Shown here in pieces: positions 10,224-18,987 of a stretch of 64,000 nucleotides of DNA; position 1 is the stretch's first letter; each line of letters opens with the position of its first letter. The notes under the pieces were generated by a model. It was not told the DNA's origin. It made no database searches and was given only the letters and a program-made list of their open reading frames with translations. Where the stretch lies: contig CAWAHW010000002.1 in assembly GCA_963781885.1 (NCBI GenBank), positions 448,001 through 512,000 on the forward strand, read 5' to 3'. A program made the position numbers and the translations under genes. This stretch comes from an uncultured Spirochaetota bacterium (GTDB lineage: Bacteria; Spirochaetota; Spirochaetia; SZUA-6; Fen-1364).

Positions 10224-10877
10224 TCAAAAAAGCCCCGGGTCTCCGGCATCCACGTGGCCGTCGTTCAGCTCGAGCACTTCCGTGCAGAGGCTGGCGATCT
10301 CGGTCCGGGAGTGGCTGACGAGTATCGCGGTGATGCCGGTCTCGCGCTGGATGCGCGAGATCTCCGAGGCAAGCGAGCCGCGCAGGTCCTCGTCCAGGGC
10401 CGAAAGAGGCTCATCGAGCAAGAGCAGCGATGGTCGCCGTGCCAGGGCACGAGCAAGAGCGGCGCGCTGCTTCTGGCCGCCCGAGAGCTCCCGCGGAAAC
10501 TGGTGCGCTTCCCGGGTAAGGCGCGTGATCTCCAGCAGCCTCCGGGCCCGGTCCCTGTCAGGCGCCGCGTAGAGAATGTTGCCGAGCACCGTCATGTGGG
10601 GAAAAAGGGCATAGTCCTGGAACACGAGCCCGGCGGATCTTTTCTGCGGTGGCATGAAGATGCCTCTTCGGCTGTCGAACCAGATGTCGCCATCCTGCTG
10701 GATGCTTCCGTCGTCGGGTCGCTGCAGGCCGGCGAGGCAGCGCAGGAGTGTCGTCTTGCCGCTTCCCGACGGGCCGCGAATGCCCAGGAAGGCCCCCGCC
10801 GTGAGGGCATACTCCACTTCAAGGTCGAATGAACGGGCTCCCGCGCTCAGTCGCGTCTTCACGTAGAAATGCAGCAC
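10224..10877 (-). CDS. modC: Molybdate ABC transporter ATP-binding protein
   Basis: GPSGSGKT, LSGGQ, DEPLSALD; context. Confidence 0.9.
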   Translation of the reverse strand: MLHFYVKTRLSAGARSFDLEVEYALTAGAFLGIRGPSGSGKTTLLRCLAGLQRPDDGSIQQDGDIWFDSRRGIFMPPQKRSAGLVFQDYALFPHMTVLGNILYAAPDRDRARRLLEITRLTREAHQFPRELSGGQKQRAALARALARRPSLLLLDEPLSALDEDLRGSLASEISRIQRETGITAILVSHSRTEIASLCTEVLELNDGHVDAGDPGLF

Positions 10878-10878
10878 C

Positions 10879-11547
10879 TCAGCGCCTCCGCTCCTGGCGT
10901 TGGAGGCGATGAAGGAGCAGCACGCCGAGGTAGCTCACGACCACGAGGATTGCGGCGTAAAGGTGCGCCCCGCTGAAGTCCAGGCTTTCCACTCTTTCGT
11001 ACACCGCGATGGAGACGACCTTCGTCACCCCCGGAATGCTCCCCCCAACCATGAGGACCACGCCGAACTCACCAAGGGTATGGGCGAAGGTGTTCACGAT
11101 GCCCGCGATGATGCCGGATTTCATATTGGGGATGACGATCCTGAGTATCGTCTCCACTTTTCCTTTCCCCAGCGTGTACGAGGCCTCCAGGAGATGCGGA
11201 GGCAGCGCGAGGATACCGGCGCGAAGCGCGGTGAGCATGAAGGGGAGTGAGGAGATGCACCCGGCGATCACGATGCCGGGGAAGGAGAACGCAAGTCGGA
11301 CGTGAAAGACCGACAGGAAGAACTGCCCGACGGCTCCGCGCGGCGAGAGAAGCATGAGCAGGTAGAAACCGAGCACCGTCGGTGAGAGGACAAGGGGAAG
11401 GGACGTGGTCGACTCGACCCATGGCACCCACTTCCCCCGTGCCTGGGAAAAGACCCAGGCGAGGGGAAAGCAGATCAGCAGGAGCAGGACGGTGACCCAG
11501 AGACCCAGGTGGAACGAGACCCAGAACGGGACAGGATCAAACTTCAA
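10879..11547 (-). CDS. modB: Molybdate ABC transporter permease
   Basis: LPLVLSPTVLGFYLL, EAA-like loop, FAHTLGEFGVVLMVGG; TTG start overlaps reconstructed modA stop. Confidence 0.92.
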   Translation of the reverse strand: MKFDPVPFWVSFHLGLWVTVLLLLICFPLAWVFSQARGKWVPWVESTTSLPLVLSPTVLGFYLLMLLSPRGAVGQFFLSVFHVRLAFSFPGIVIAGCISSLPFMLTALRAGILALPPHLLEASYTLGKGKVETILRIVIPNMKSGIIAGIVNTFAHTLGEFGVVLMVGGSIPGVTKVVSIAVYERVESLDFSGAHLYAAILVVVSYLGVLLLHRLQRQERRR

Positions 11548-12311
11548 GGCTTTCCATATCCATACGCGGCGAAGACCGCCTGGGCGTCCGGCGACAGGAG
11601 GAACGTGGAGAACGCCGTCGACCGCGGGAAGCGAGGCGGCGGACTTCATCACGACGAAGCCCTGCTCGATGGGCGCATAGAGCTTCGCGATCGACGTCGA
11701 ACCAGTACGTGCCCTCCTTGTTCCAAGGCTTCATCTCAGCCGCGTACAGCGCGGACTTGTTCACGAAACCTGCGTCGGTGCTGGTCAGGGTGAATTGCAG
11801 CGCCTGCGTCACCGTCTGGGCGACGACCAGCTTGCTCTTCACCTTGTCAAAGAGGCCGGCGTTCACGAGCGCCTCCTGGGCCGCCCTCCCGTAAGGCGCG
11901 GTTTCCGGATTGCAGTTGGCGAACTGCGTAACGGACGGATCCAGGAGCACCGCGAGACCGCGCGAGAGATCGAGCGCCTTCGTCGTGAGGAAGATCAGCT
12001 TGCCGACAGCGTAGATTTTCGTCGGGCCCGCGGTTATTTTTGCGTCCACCAGCTTCTGCGGAAAGCTCGTGTCGGCCGACAGGAAGACCTGGAACGGCGC
12101 GCCGTTCATGATCTGGGTCGTCAACGCGCCCGATGCGCCGAATGTGAACTCGATCTTATCGCCGGGATAGTCCTTCATGAAGGCGGCCTGCAGGGGATCG
12201 GCCACGGAGCTGATATTTGCCGCTGCCGCGACACTGACCTTCTCCTGGCTACTTGGCAGCTATGACACGACAAAAAATATCATAACGATACATGCGCGCG
12301 CCTCGTTTCAT
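11544..12311 (-). CDS. modA: Molybdate ABC transporter substrate-binding protein, with several 1-bp frameshifts (likely consensus errors)
   Basis: VAAAANI, FGASGAL..QI.NGAPF.VFLSAD, NPETAPYG; C-terminus YAPIEQG...AAYGYGKP reconstructable across frames. Confidence 0.85.
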
Positions 12312-12390
12312 ACCGTTTCGTCTCCTTTTGTACTGTTACGAAAGGTATGCTGGCCGGATTGCCTCGTTTCGTCAAGAGAAACGGGCTATT

Positions 12391-12867
12391 TCAGGCCGGT
12401 TCGTGGCCTTCACCTTTCAGCATCTGGACCGCATGCTCCATGATGGGCTCCATCACCTTCATGCAGAGCTGAACGGCCTTCACCGAGCCGGGAAAGTTTA
12501 CAACGATGCAGTGACCGCGCGATCCCGCGCGCCCACGGGAAAGCATGGCGAAGGGTGTCTCTTTGCGCGACGCGTCACGGAGGGCCTCCGCGATGCCCGG
12601 GATTTCCCTTTCGCAGAATCGCGCCGTCACCTCGGGCGTGATGTCGCGCGGTGATATGCCCGTGCCGCCCGTGGTGATGATGAAATCGGAATCTGCCGCG
12701 TCATGCAGGGCCGCGAGGATGCGCTCCTCCTCATCGGGGACGATTGTCCTCCCCACGGCAACGCGCGGAAAACGCAGCCGCAGCGTCTTCTCTATTTCCG
12801 GGCCCGCGAGGTCCTCGTAGTCGCCCCGCGACGCGCGGTCAGAGATCGATATGACAGAGACTTTCAC
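12391..12867 (-). CDS. mogA: MogA/MoaB family molybdopterin adenylyltransferase
   Basis: SISDR, TTGGTGISPRDITPE, SR..AG, NFPGS. Confidence 0.9.
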   Translation of the reverse strand: MKVSVISISDRASRGDYEDLAGPEIEKTLRLRFPRVAVGRTIVPDEEERILAALHDAADSDFIITTGGTGISPRDITPEVTARFCEREIPGIAEALRDASRKETPFAMLSRGRAGSRGHCIVVNFPGSVKAVQLCMKVMEPIMEHAVQMLKGEGHEPA

Positions 12868-13279
12868 GATCGATTTCTCCTCCCACGAGCACACGCGCGA
12901 AGATGCCTTTCCGGGGCATGATGCAGTCGCCGGTGGCAGCGGAAATGGCGCAGCCGCGATGGCACACCTTCCCGATCTGCGTGACCTCCAGCACGGCCGG
13001 CCCGATGGCAAGGCGCGTACCGACGCTCAAGGAGCCCACGTCGATGCCGTGCGTGGTGATATTCTCCGCGAAGGCGCCGTAGGGAAGGTCCACGCCGCGG
13101 CCGCGCATGCCTTCGATGTCCTCGTCGGCAAGAAGGGACACCTGGCGATGCCCCGTGCCCGCGTGCGCGTCCCCCACGATCCCGTGTCCTTCACGCAACG
13201 TGGCCTTTTCCACGGGAGTTTTCTGCTCGCCCTTGCGCGTGGACATATTGATTGAAAGGATCGCGAACTCGCCCGTCAC
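12839..13279 (-). CDS. MOSC domain-containing protein
   Basis: GIVGDAHAG..HRQVSLL, GAFAENIT, TQIGKVCH..C....GDCIMP. Confidence 0.9.
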   Translation of the reverse strand: MTGEFAILSINMSTRKGEQKTPVEKATLREGHGIVGDAHAGTGHRQVSLLADEDIEGMRGRGVDLPYGAFAENITTHGIDVGSLSVGTRLAIGPAVLEVTQIGKVCHRGCAISAATGDCIMPRKGIFARVLVGGEIDRESLCHIDL

Positions 13280-13728
13280 GCCGTCTCCGCTTTTGTCTTT
13301 TCAACGAGCCGTATGTCGCTGATGCGCATGTCCTTGTCCACGGCCTTGCACATGTCGTACAGGGTGAGCGCCGCCACGGAGACGGCCGTGAGCGCCTCCA
13401 TCTCGATACCGGTGGCCTCCGTGCAGATCGCCGATGCCTCGATGTCGATACGATCCGTGCCGAGGCGGAAATCCACGAGCACGTGGTCGATGCGGATGTT
13501 GTGGCACAGCGGGATCAGCTCCGCCGTGCGCTTGGCCGCGGCGATGCCCGCCACCCGGGCGACGGCCAGCACGTCCCCCTTCTCGATGAGCTTTTCGCTG
13601 ATCAGGCGCAGCGTTTCGGCGTGCAGGAGGATCGCGCCGGCCGCGCGCGCCGTCCTGCGGACGCGCTGCTTGCCGGAGACGTCCACCATGACAGCGCGTC
13701 CCTCGTCGTCGACGTGGCTCAGCTCCAT
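13276..13728 (-). CDS. moaC: Cyclic pyranopterin monophosphate synthase
   Basis: MVDVS.K, LIPLCH, TGIEMEAL, YDMCKAVD. Confidence 0.96.
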   Translation of the reverse strand: MELSHVDDEGRAVMVDVSGKQRVRRTARAAGAILLHAETLRLISEKLIEKGDVLAVARVAGIAAAKRTAELIPLCHNIRIDHVLVDFRLGTDRIDIEASAICTEATGIEMEALTAVSVAALTLYDMCKAVDKDMRISDIRLVEKTKAETA

Positions 13729-13729
13729 G

Positions 13730-14527
13730 CTACCCCCCGATCTGCGACATGACGCGGTTTGTGCAGGCCCCGCCGCGGCGCGGCTTTGACAGGATCGCTT
13801 CCCGCAGGCTCTCTTCCAGCCGGGAGAAGTCCAGCGGTATCTCGTCATTCGTCTGGAGGCAGGGCTTGAGCATCCCGTCCGCCATGAGCCGGATGCGGTT
13901 GCATCCGCCGCACGATGGAGGCCGGTCGTTGGAGGCGCGCTCCTTCTTTTGCTGCGAAATATCGAAGCGATCGATGAGCTGGAGGCGCGCGCCGTGGGCC
14001 GCACAGAAGTCTCTCATGCGGGAAATCTCCCCTTCGGTTGTGCCGCCGAGCACGACCATGTTGATCTTTACCGCAAGACGCGCGGCGCACGCGGCGTCCA
14101 CGCCGGCAAGGGCCGCGGCGAGGTCGCCGCCCCGGGTGATCTCCCGGTAGCGCAAGGGGTCCAGGGTGTCGAGGGAGATATTGACGCTCTGGAGGCCGGC
14201 ATCGTGCAGCGGCAACGCCAACGGCGCGAGGAGAGTGGCGTTCGTCGTCATGGCGATGTGGGCGAGCCCCTCGATGGCAGCGAGCATCCCCACGAGGTCA
14301 ACGATGTCGCGCCGCATGAGGGGCTCGCCGCCGGTGAGCCGGATCTTCGTCACGCCCAGCCGCACCGCGGCGCGCGCCACCTCCGCCATTTGCTCCCGGC
14401 TGAGCAGGTCCGCGCGCTGCGCGTGCGGCACCCCTTCCGCGGGCGCGCAGTAGACGCAGCGGAGGTTGCACGCGTGGGTCACCGACATGCGCAGATACGT
14501 GATGGAACGCTCAAATCGGTCGAACAT
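13730..14527 (-). CDS. moaA: GTP 3',8-cyclase (radical SAM)
   Basis: CNLRCVYC, LTGGEP, C..CNRIR...G.LKPCL, terminal MSQIGG. Confidence 0.95.
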   Translation of the reverse strand: MFDRFERSITYLRMSVTHACNLRCVYCAPAEGVPHAQRADLLSREQMAEVARAAVRLGVTKIRLTGGEPLMRRDIVDLVGMLAAIEGLAHIAMTTNATLLAPLALPLHDAGLQSVNISLDTLDPLRYREITRGGDLAAALAGVDAACAARLAVKINMVVLGGTTEGEISRMRDFCAAHGARLQLIDRFDISQQKKERASNDRPPSCGGCNRIRLMADGMLKPCLQTNDEIPLDFSRLEESLREAILSKPRRGGACTNRVMSQIGG

Positions 14528-15695
14528 CGATCTCCGTTCCCCGGGCGAGCTCGCACACGCCCCGCTCGATGCGGATCAGCCCGTCCGCATCCCCCAGCGC
14601 GTTCACGTGCGCCGATCCGTGGAAAGGGATCGGCACGATGTTGCCCCCGCGCACGCGGACGGGAAGGTACTCGGTCCGCTCGGCATCCTTTCGATGAATG
14701 GCGTCGCTCAGGGTGCCGTGAAAAAGGGGAGGCTCCCAGTCGATGCCCATGCGGCCGTAGAGGAAGGGCTTCACGAGCAGCTCGAATATCACGAAGGTGG
14801 ACACGGGATTGCCGGGCAGCCCGAAGACCCATGAGCTGCCGCGGCGGGCGAAGAGTGTCGGCTTGCCCGGCTTCACCGCCACGCCGTGCATGAGGACCGT
14901 TGCCCCCAACTTTTCCAGGCAGCCCGGCACGTAGTCGAAGTCACCCACGGACACGCCGCCGGAAATCAGGACCAGCTCGTGCTCATCGAGGGCACGGCCG
15001 AGTGCATCCGTGAGGATGTCGGGATCATCGATCGCGATGCCGCGTTGCCGCGCCGGACAGCGCATTGCGGCAAGCTGGGCGGCAAGCTGCGGCCCGTTCG
15101 AGTCGTAGATTTGTCCCGCGCCAAGCGGCCCGCCGGGAGCGCGGATCTCGGGACCCGTGCACAGGATTCCCGTTGATGGCGGAACAGCCACCTTTACCTC
15201 GGAGAAACCCGACGCTGCCAGTATCCCGATGTCCTGCGCGGCAAGCACCTTCGGTCGGAGCACCACCTGTCCCCGTGCGATGTTCGCGGCGCGGCGCACG
15301 ACGTTATCCAGCGTTTCCTTTTTCAGGAGGCGCACGCGTCCCGCGGTCTCAACGACGCACTCCTTGCTTGCCACCCTGGTGGCGCCGGGGGGAAGCGGTG
15401 CTCCGGTCATGATCCGGGAGCATTCGCCCGGCGACAGCGTGCGCCCCGGCGCATCCCCGGCGGCAATCGTTTCGATGATGGCCCACTCCGTGCCGTCGTC
15501 GCCAGCCGCAAGGGCAAAACCGTCCCGGGTGGACTTGTCGAAGGGGGGTGAATCGATCGGTGAAAGAACGTCGCCGACCGTGACCCTCCCCAGGGCAGCC
15601 TCCAGCGCGACGGTGATCGCCGGGGTGGGGGCCCGCGCGTGCATTTCGCTGCGGACGATGCTGATGGCTTCCTCGATATCGATGGGCGCGCGCAT
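14511..15695 (-). CDS. moeA: Molybdopterin molybdenumtransferase
   Basis: PPFDKS.RDGFA, IMTGA, SGGVSVGDFD, KPGKP, LPGNPVS. Confidence 0.95.
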   Translation of the reverse strand: MRAPIDIEEAISIVRSEMHARAPTPAITVALEAALGRVTVGDVLSPIDSPPFDKSTRDGFALAAGDDGTEWAIIETIAAGDAPGRTLSPGECSRIMTGAPLPPGATRVASKECVVETAGRVRLLKKETLDNVVRRAANIARGQVVLRPKVLAAQDIGILAASGFSEVKVAVPPSTGILCTGPEIRAPGGPLGAGQIYDSNGPQLAAQLAAMRCPARQRGIAIDDPDILTDALGRALDEHELVLISGGVSVGDFDYVPGCLEKLGATVLMHGVAVKPGKPTLFARRGSSWVFGLPGNPVSTFVIFELLVKPFLYGRMGIDWEPPLFHGTLSDAIHRKDAERTEYLPVRVRGGNIVPIPFHGSAHVNALGDADGLIRIERGVCELARGTEIDVRPI

Positions 15696-15706
15696 GTGAG
15701 AATCGA

Positions 15707-15735
15707 AGTATAAGGGCGGAGCCTTTTGTTGACAA
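15707..15735 (-). promoter_or_regulatory. Sigma70-type promoter for the moeA-moaA-moaC-MOSC-mogA operon
   Basis: TTGTCA-17nt-TATACT, 11 nt upstream of the moeA ATG. Confidence 0.65.
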
Positions 15736-15769
15736 TCAGGCGGCTTTTTGAAGTGACGCGTGGCTGCGC

Positions 15770-16585
15770 TCAGCCCTGCACCCGCACGATTCCCCGATCG
15801 CGGCCGATGGAGAGCGCCGCTTCCAGCGCGGCCCTGCCGACCGCGCGTGCCTTGTCCGAGACCGCGTGCGCGTAGCTCGCCTCTCCGCGCGGGTCGACGT
15901 CGCCGATCTTCATTCCCTTGCGCACGATGACCTCTTCGTGGATCAGTCCCCGCAAGCAGCCGTCAAATGGCGCGATCACCGGCGCGCCGTCGACCCGCGC
16001 CACCACCTCGCCCTTGCCGACGATGTCCCCGATGCTCCGCGCGCGAATCGCGCGGCCGTCGCGTGGAGCCCGCAGGACGCGTTCCGCGGTCTTGCCGCCG
16101 ATTTCGCCCGGCGTCCCCGTGTCGGCCAGGGCGCTTCCCTCGCGGATGATCCGGCCCAGCGCGTGGCCCCTCGCGGTCTCGATCACCGCGTCCACGTCCC
16201 GACCGGCCGTGAAGCCGGGGCCCAGGGCGATGACCACGGACGCCGTCCTTCCGCGCCGTGCCCGTGTTCGCCTTGGCCATGATTGCATCGACGATGACCA
16301 CCGCGCCGGCCGTCTCGACGATCTGCGCGCGCGGATCCACGAGCACCGCCACGGCGCCCGATCCAAGGACCTTTCGCCAGTCTTCCCGGGTCGCGCGCGC
16401 GGCGCGGACTCCCTCCACGTCGTGGCTGCCTTCGTAGACAGCCTGGGCGAATGAGACCGTGAGACGTATCGCGGTGGGGTACGGAATCTCGGTCATGACG
16501 ACGGCAAATCCCGCCGCCGTGAACGACAGCGCCACGCCGGTGGCCAGGTCACCGGCGCCCTTCACGATGGCAAGCGGCCTGTCGT
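15770..16585 (-). CDS. yqeB: Selenium-dependent molybdenum hydroxylase accessory protein YqeB (frameshift near 16250; no clear own start)
   Basis: KGAGDLATG, AIR.TVSF, VDAIMAK.N.GT, IALGPGF.AG.DVDAVIET.RGH.LG, K.GDVDPR, SDKA. Confidence 0.88.
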
Positions 16586-17348
16586 CAGTCGTCGGTCCGT
16601 GCGTACAGCACCCCTTTCCGCAGGGACACGAGCGCCCCGGCAATGCCGTGACCCTCACGGGCCAGGCGTATCGTCTGGATTGCGGATGCACGCTTCATTT
16701 CGAGATCCCCTGGTTGATGAGAAAACGGAAGTCCATTCCTGCCCGCACACCTTTGCGGCACCCTTGGGGGTCCGCGCAGAGCGTGGCGAGCACCTCGGGA
16801 TCGAAAGAACCATCCGCCTTGCCGATGAGCGAAAGGGCCTTCTGATGGTTGTAGCAGTGGATTTCGTCGATGGGCTCGTCAATGGCGCTCGCGCCCATGA
16901 GTGCGAAAACCGTGCGCGTGTTCGCCGGGATGACCGGCTCGTGGTCCCTCGGCACTTTCAATGGACATCGTCGGGATCCATCCCCCTCCACGAGCAGCAC
17001 GGTGTCGCCGGGCAGGGAGAGGGATTCTATCAGAGCCGGGTCGATGCCCAGGTACTTGTCCACGTCACTCACGACCCCGGCAACTAGGAGCCGAAGGGGA
17101 GCCTCTCCCGCAAGAGCGGGGGGCATGTCCTCCGGTCGTTTCACGAAAGTGACGGGAATGCCGCGGAGCTCCTCGATGCCAACCCGGGTCGTTGTCGTCA
17201 AGCGTGCCTTCATGCCGGCGCCCGCAAGAAAGGCCGCAACCCGCTTCATGGCGGTTGTCTTTCCACCGGCGCCGACGAACGTATACACCGCTCCCGGTAG
17301 AAACCATTGCCTCAGCGCGTCTCGAAAGCTTTCCTCGGGGCCGGCCAT
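16586..17348 (-). CDS. yqeC: Selenium cofactor biosynthesis protein YqeC (frameshift near 16708)
   Basis: VGAGGKTT, TTTT, LVEGDGSRRCPLKVP..HEPVIP. Confidence 0.85.
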
Positions 17349-17385
17349 GCACGGAGTATATGCGATTGATCCGTCTTCTGCAGTG

Positions 17386-18060
17386 TCATGGGTGCGGGGA
17401 GGCCGCGTGCGTGATATGGCTGTACGCGAGGATCGTGAAGCCCAGGAGGCAGAAACTGTAGAGGAAGTCTTCAACAGGAATGGAACCGACCCGCACGCCG
17501 ATGATCGCCATCTTGCCATAGGAGACGACTGGAAGTGCCGTCAGGATGCCGTTGAAAAGCAGAAAGGGCGCGTACGACAAGCCGATGGCAAGCCAGAACC
17601 GCCTGCTGGAGAGGAGCCGCGAAAGAAAAGCCGCCAGCAGAAGAAATGCGCACGTCGCGGCAAGCACCGTGGACGTGTAGAGCCTGCCCCGCAGCAGGAC
17701 TGCCCCGGCCGCACACGCCGCGGATGCCGCCAGCCATGGGAACCTGCCGCCCGTTGTCTTCTCCCGGCTGTACGCCCCGACCGCTTCGTAGATGAAAAGG
17801 CAGCTGAAGGGTACCGCGAGAAAGAAGAAGAGCTCGCCCAGGGGCAGGGAAAGGATGCGGAGGTTTCCAGCGTACCCTGCGTTGAAGCTCCACGCGCCGC
17901 TTCTTGTCATGACGGCATCCCAGGCGACAAAGGGGATGCCGACAAGCACCGCCGCCAGCGACGCGGCAGGCCATTTGCGGAAATAGCGCACCTTCCCGTG
18001 GAAGGACAAGGCAGCGGGGAGCGCCGCGATCAGGATGTCGAGCGCAAGGTAGAGATTCAT
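17386..18060 (-). CDS. crtYcd: Lycopene cyclase, fused CrtYc/CrtYd-type membrane protein
   Basis: Two repeats of the lycopene-cyclase domain: WD...W.FN...LPLGE..FF and NGILT...IPVEDFLY. Confidence 0.85.
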   Translation of the reverse strand: MNLYLALDILIAALPAALSFHGKVRYFRKWPAASLAAVLVGIPFVAWDAVMTRSGAWSFNAGYAGNLRILSLPLGELFFFLAVPFSCLFIYEAVGAYSREKTTGGRFPWLAASAACAAGAVLLRGRLYTSTVLAATCAFLLLAAFLSRLLSSRRFWLAIGLSYAPFLLFNGILTALPVVSYGKMAIIGVRVGSIPVEDFLYSFCLLGFTILAYSHITHAASPHP

Positions 18061-18066
18061 TCCGTC

Positions 18067-18882
18067 CTATGTGATTGCATTCGCGAACGCCTGGAGAAAG
18101 ATTCTCGATTTCCTCGGCTTCACCTTGCGCTCGAACACGATCATCGGCCTGTTCTGGATCCGCCGGGCGGTCCATGCATACATGTCCGAAGCCGTCTTGA
18201 TCGGGAGACGGTATCTTCGGGGAATGAATGCAAATCCGTTTTCCGCCTCCCGTTGCCAGCCGCGGTAGAGGCCGATGTGCCGGTCGATGAAGGCGCGAAA
18301 CTCCCGGGGGCGCTCCTGCACGTCGTCGGGGTCCAGCGACGAGAGCCCCGTGCCCTCCAGCGACAGATAACGCCTCCCCAAACGAAAGTCCTCTTCGATG
18401 TCCCTGATGAAATTGATGTACTGCATGGCGCGCCCGAGCATCGCCGCGTAGGGAAGGGATTCCTCGGCGAGGTTCATGATCCTTGCCATGAAGAGCCCGA
18501 TCACTTCCGCGGAACCGTGGATGTAGGCAAGAGTCTCCTGCACCGTGCGGTATTCCTTCCTGCTGAGATCTGTCTCCATTGAGTCGAGGAATGCCGCCAC
18601 CCAGCCGGGATCGAAATGCTTTTCCCTGAGAAGGTCCACGAAAGGATCGACAATCGGGTCCCCGACACGCCCGACGGCAAGCGCCTTCTCATACGTGCGC
18701 CTGAACGCCGTGAATCCGCGGCCGTCCTGGGGTTGCGCGTCAACGAAATCGTCTGCCGTCCGTACGAACGCATAAAGCGTAAAGACCTGCCGCTTGATCT
18801 CCGGTGGAAAGAAGAGGCTGCTTGTGAAGTAGGTCTTGCTCCCGTTCTTGAATATCGCCCCATGTATCTTCTTTGCGTTCAT
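18067..18882 (-). CDS. crtB: Phytoene synthase
   Basis: GSKTY, YAFVR.ADDFVD, SAEVIG, AMQYINFIRDI.ED..LGR.Y. Confidence 0.95.
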   Translation of the reverse strand: MNAKKIHGAIFKNGSKTYFTSSLFFPPEIKRQVFTLYAFVRTADDFVDAQPQDGRGFTAFRRTYEKALAVGRVGDPIVDPFVDLLREKHFDPGWVAAFLDSMETDLSRKEYRTVQETLAYIHGSAEVIGLFMARIMNLAEESLPYAAMLGRAMQYINFIRDIEEDFRLGRRYLSLEGTGLSSLDPDDVQERPREFRAFIDRHIGLYRGWQREAENGFAFIPRRYRLPIKTASDMYAWTARRIQNRPMIVFERKVKPRKSRIFLQAFANAIT

Positions 18883-18907
18883 CTTGTCCCCTTCATAGTG
18901 AAGCTAA

Positions 18908-18941
18908 AACACAAATTGTAATAAATCAAGCAATAAGTGTT
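18908..18941. promoter_or_regulatory. Imperfect inverted repeat in the AT-rich divergent crtB / HMG-CoA synthase promoter region; candidate operator
   Basis: AACACAAATTG-N12-CAATAAGTGTT (9/11 pairing); ACACAAA recurs at 18950. Confidence 0.45.
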
Positions 18942-18987
18942 GAATTAGGACACAAAATGAGTTATATTTCGACTGGAGGGTTTGCCG

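Noticed and set aside
17349-17362. Extra copies of the CACGGAGTA repeat (also near 9938 and 35530)
   Set aside because: The 17349 and 9938 matches lack the second hairpin arm and are better explained as minus-strand TATACT -10 boxes; the 35530 match is imperfect
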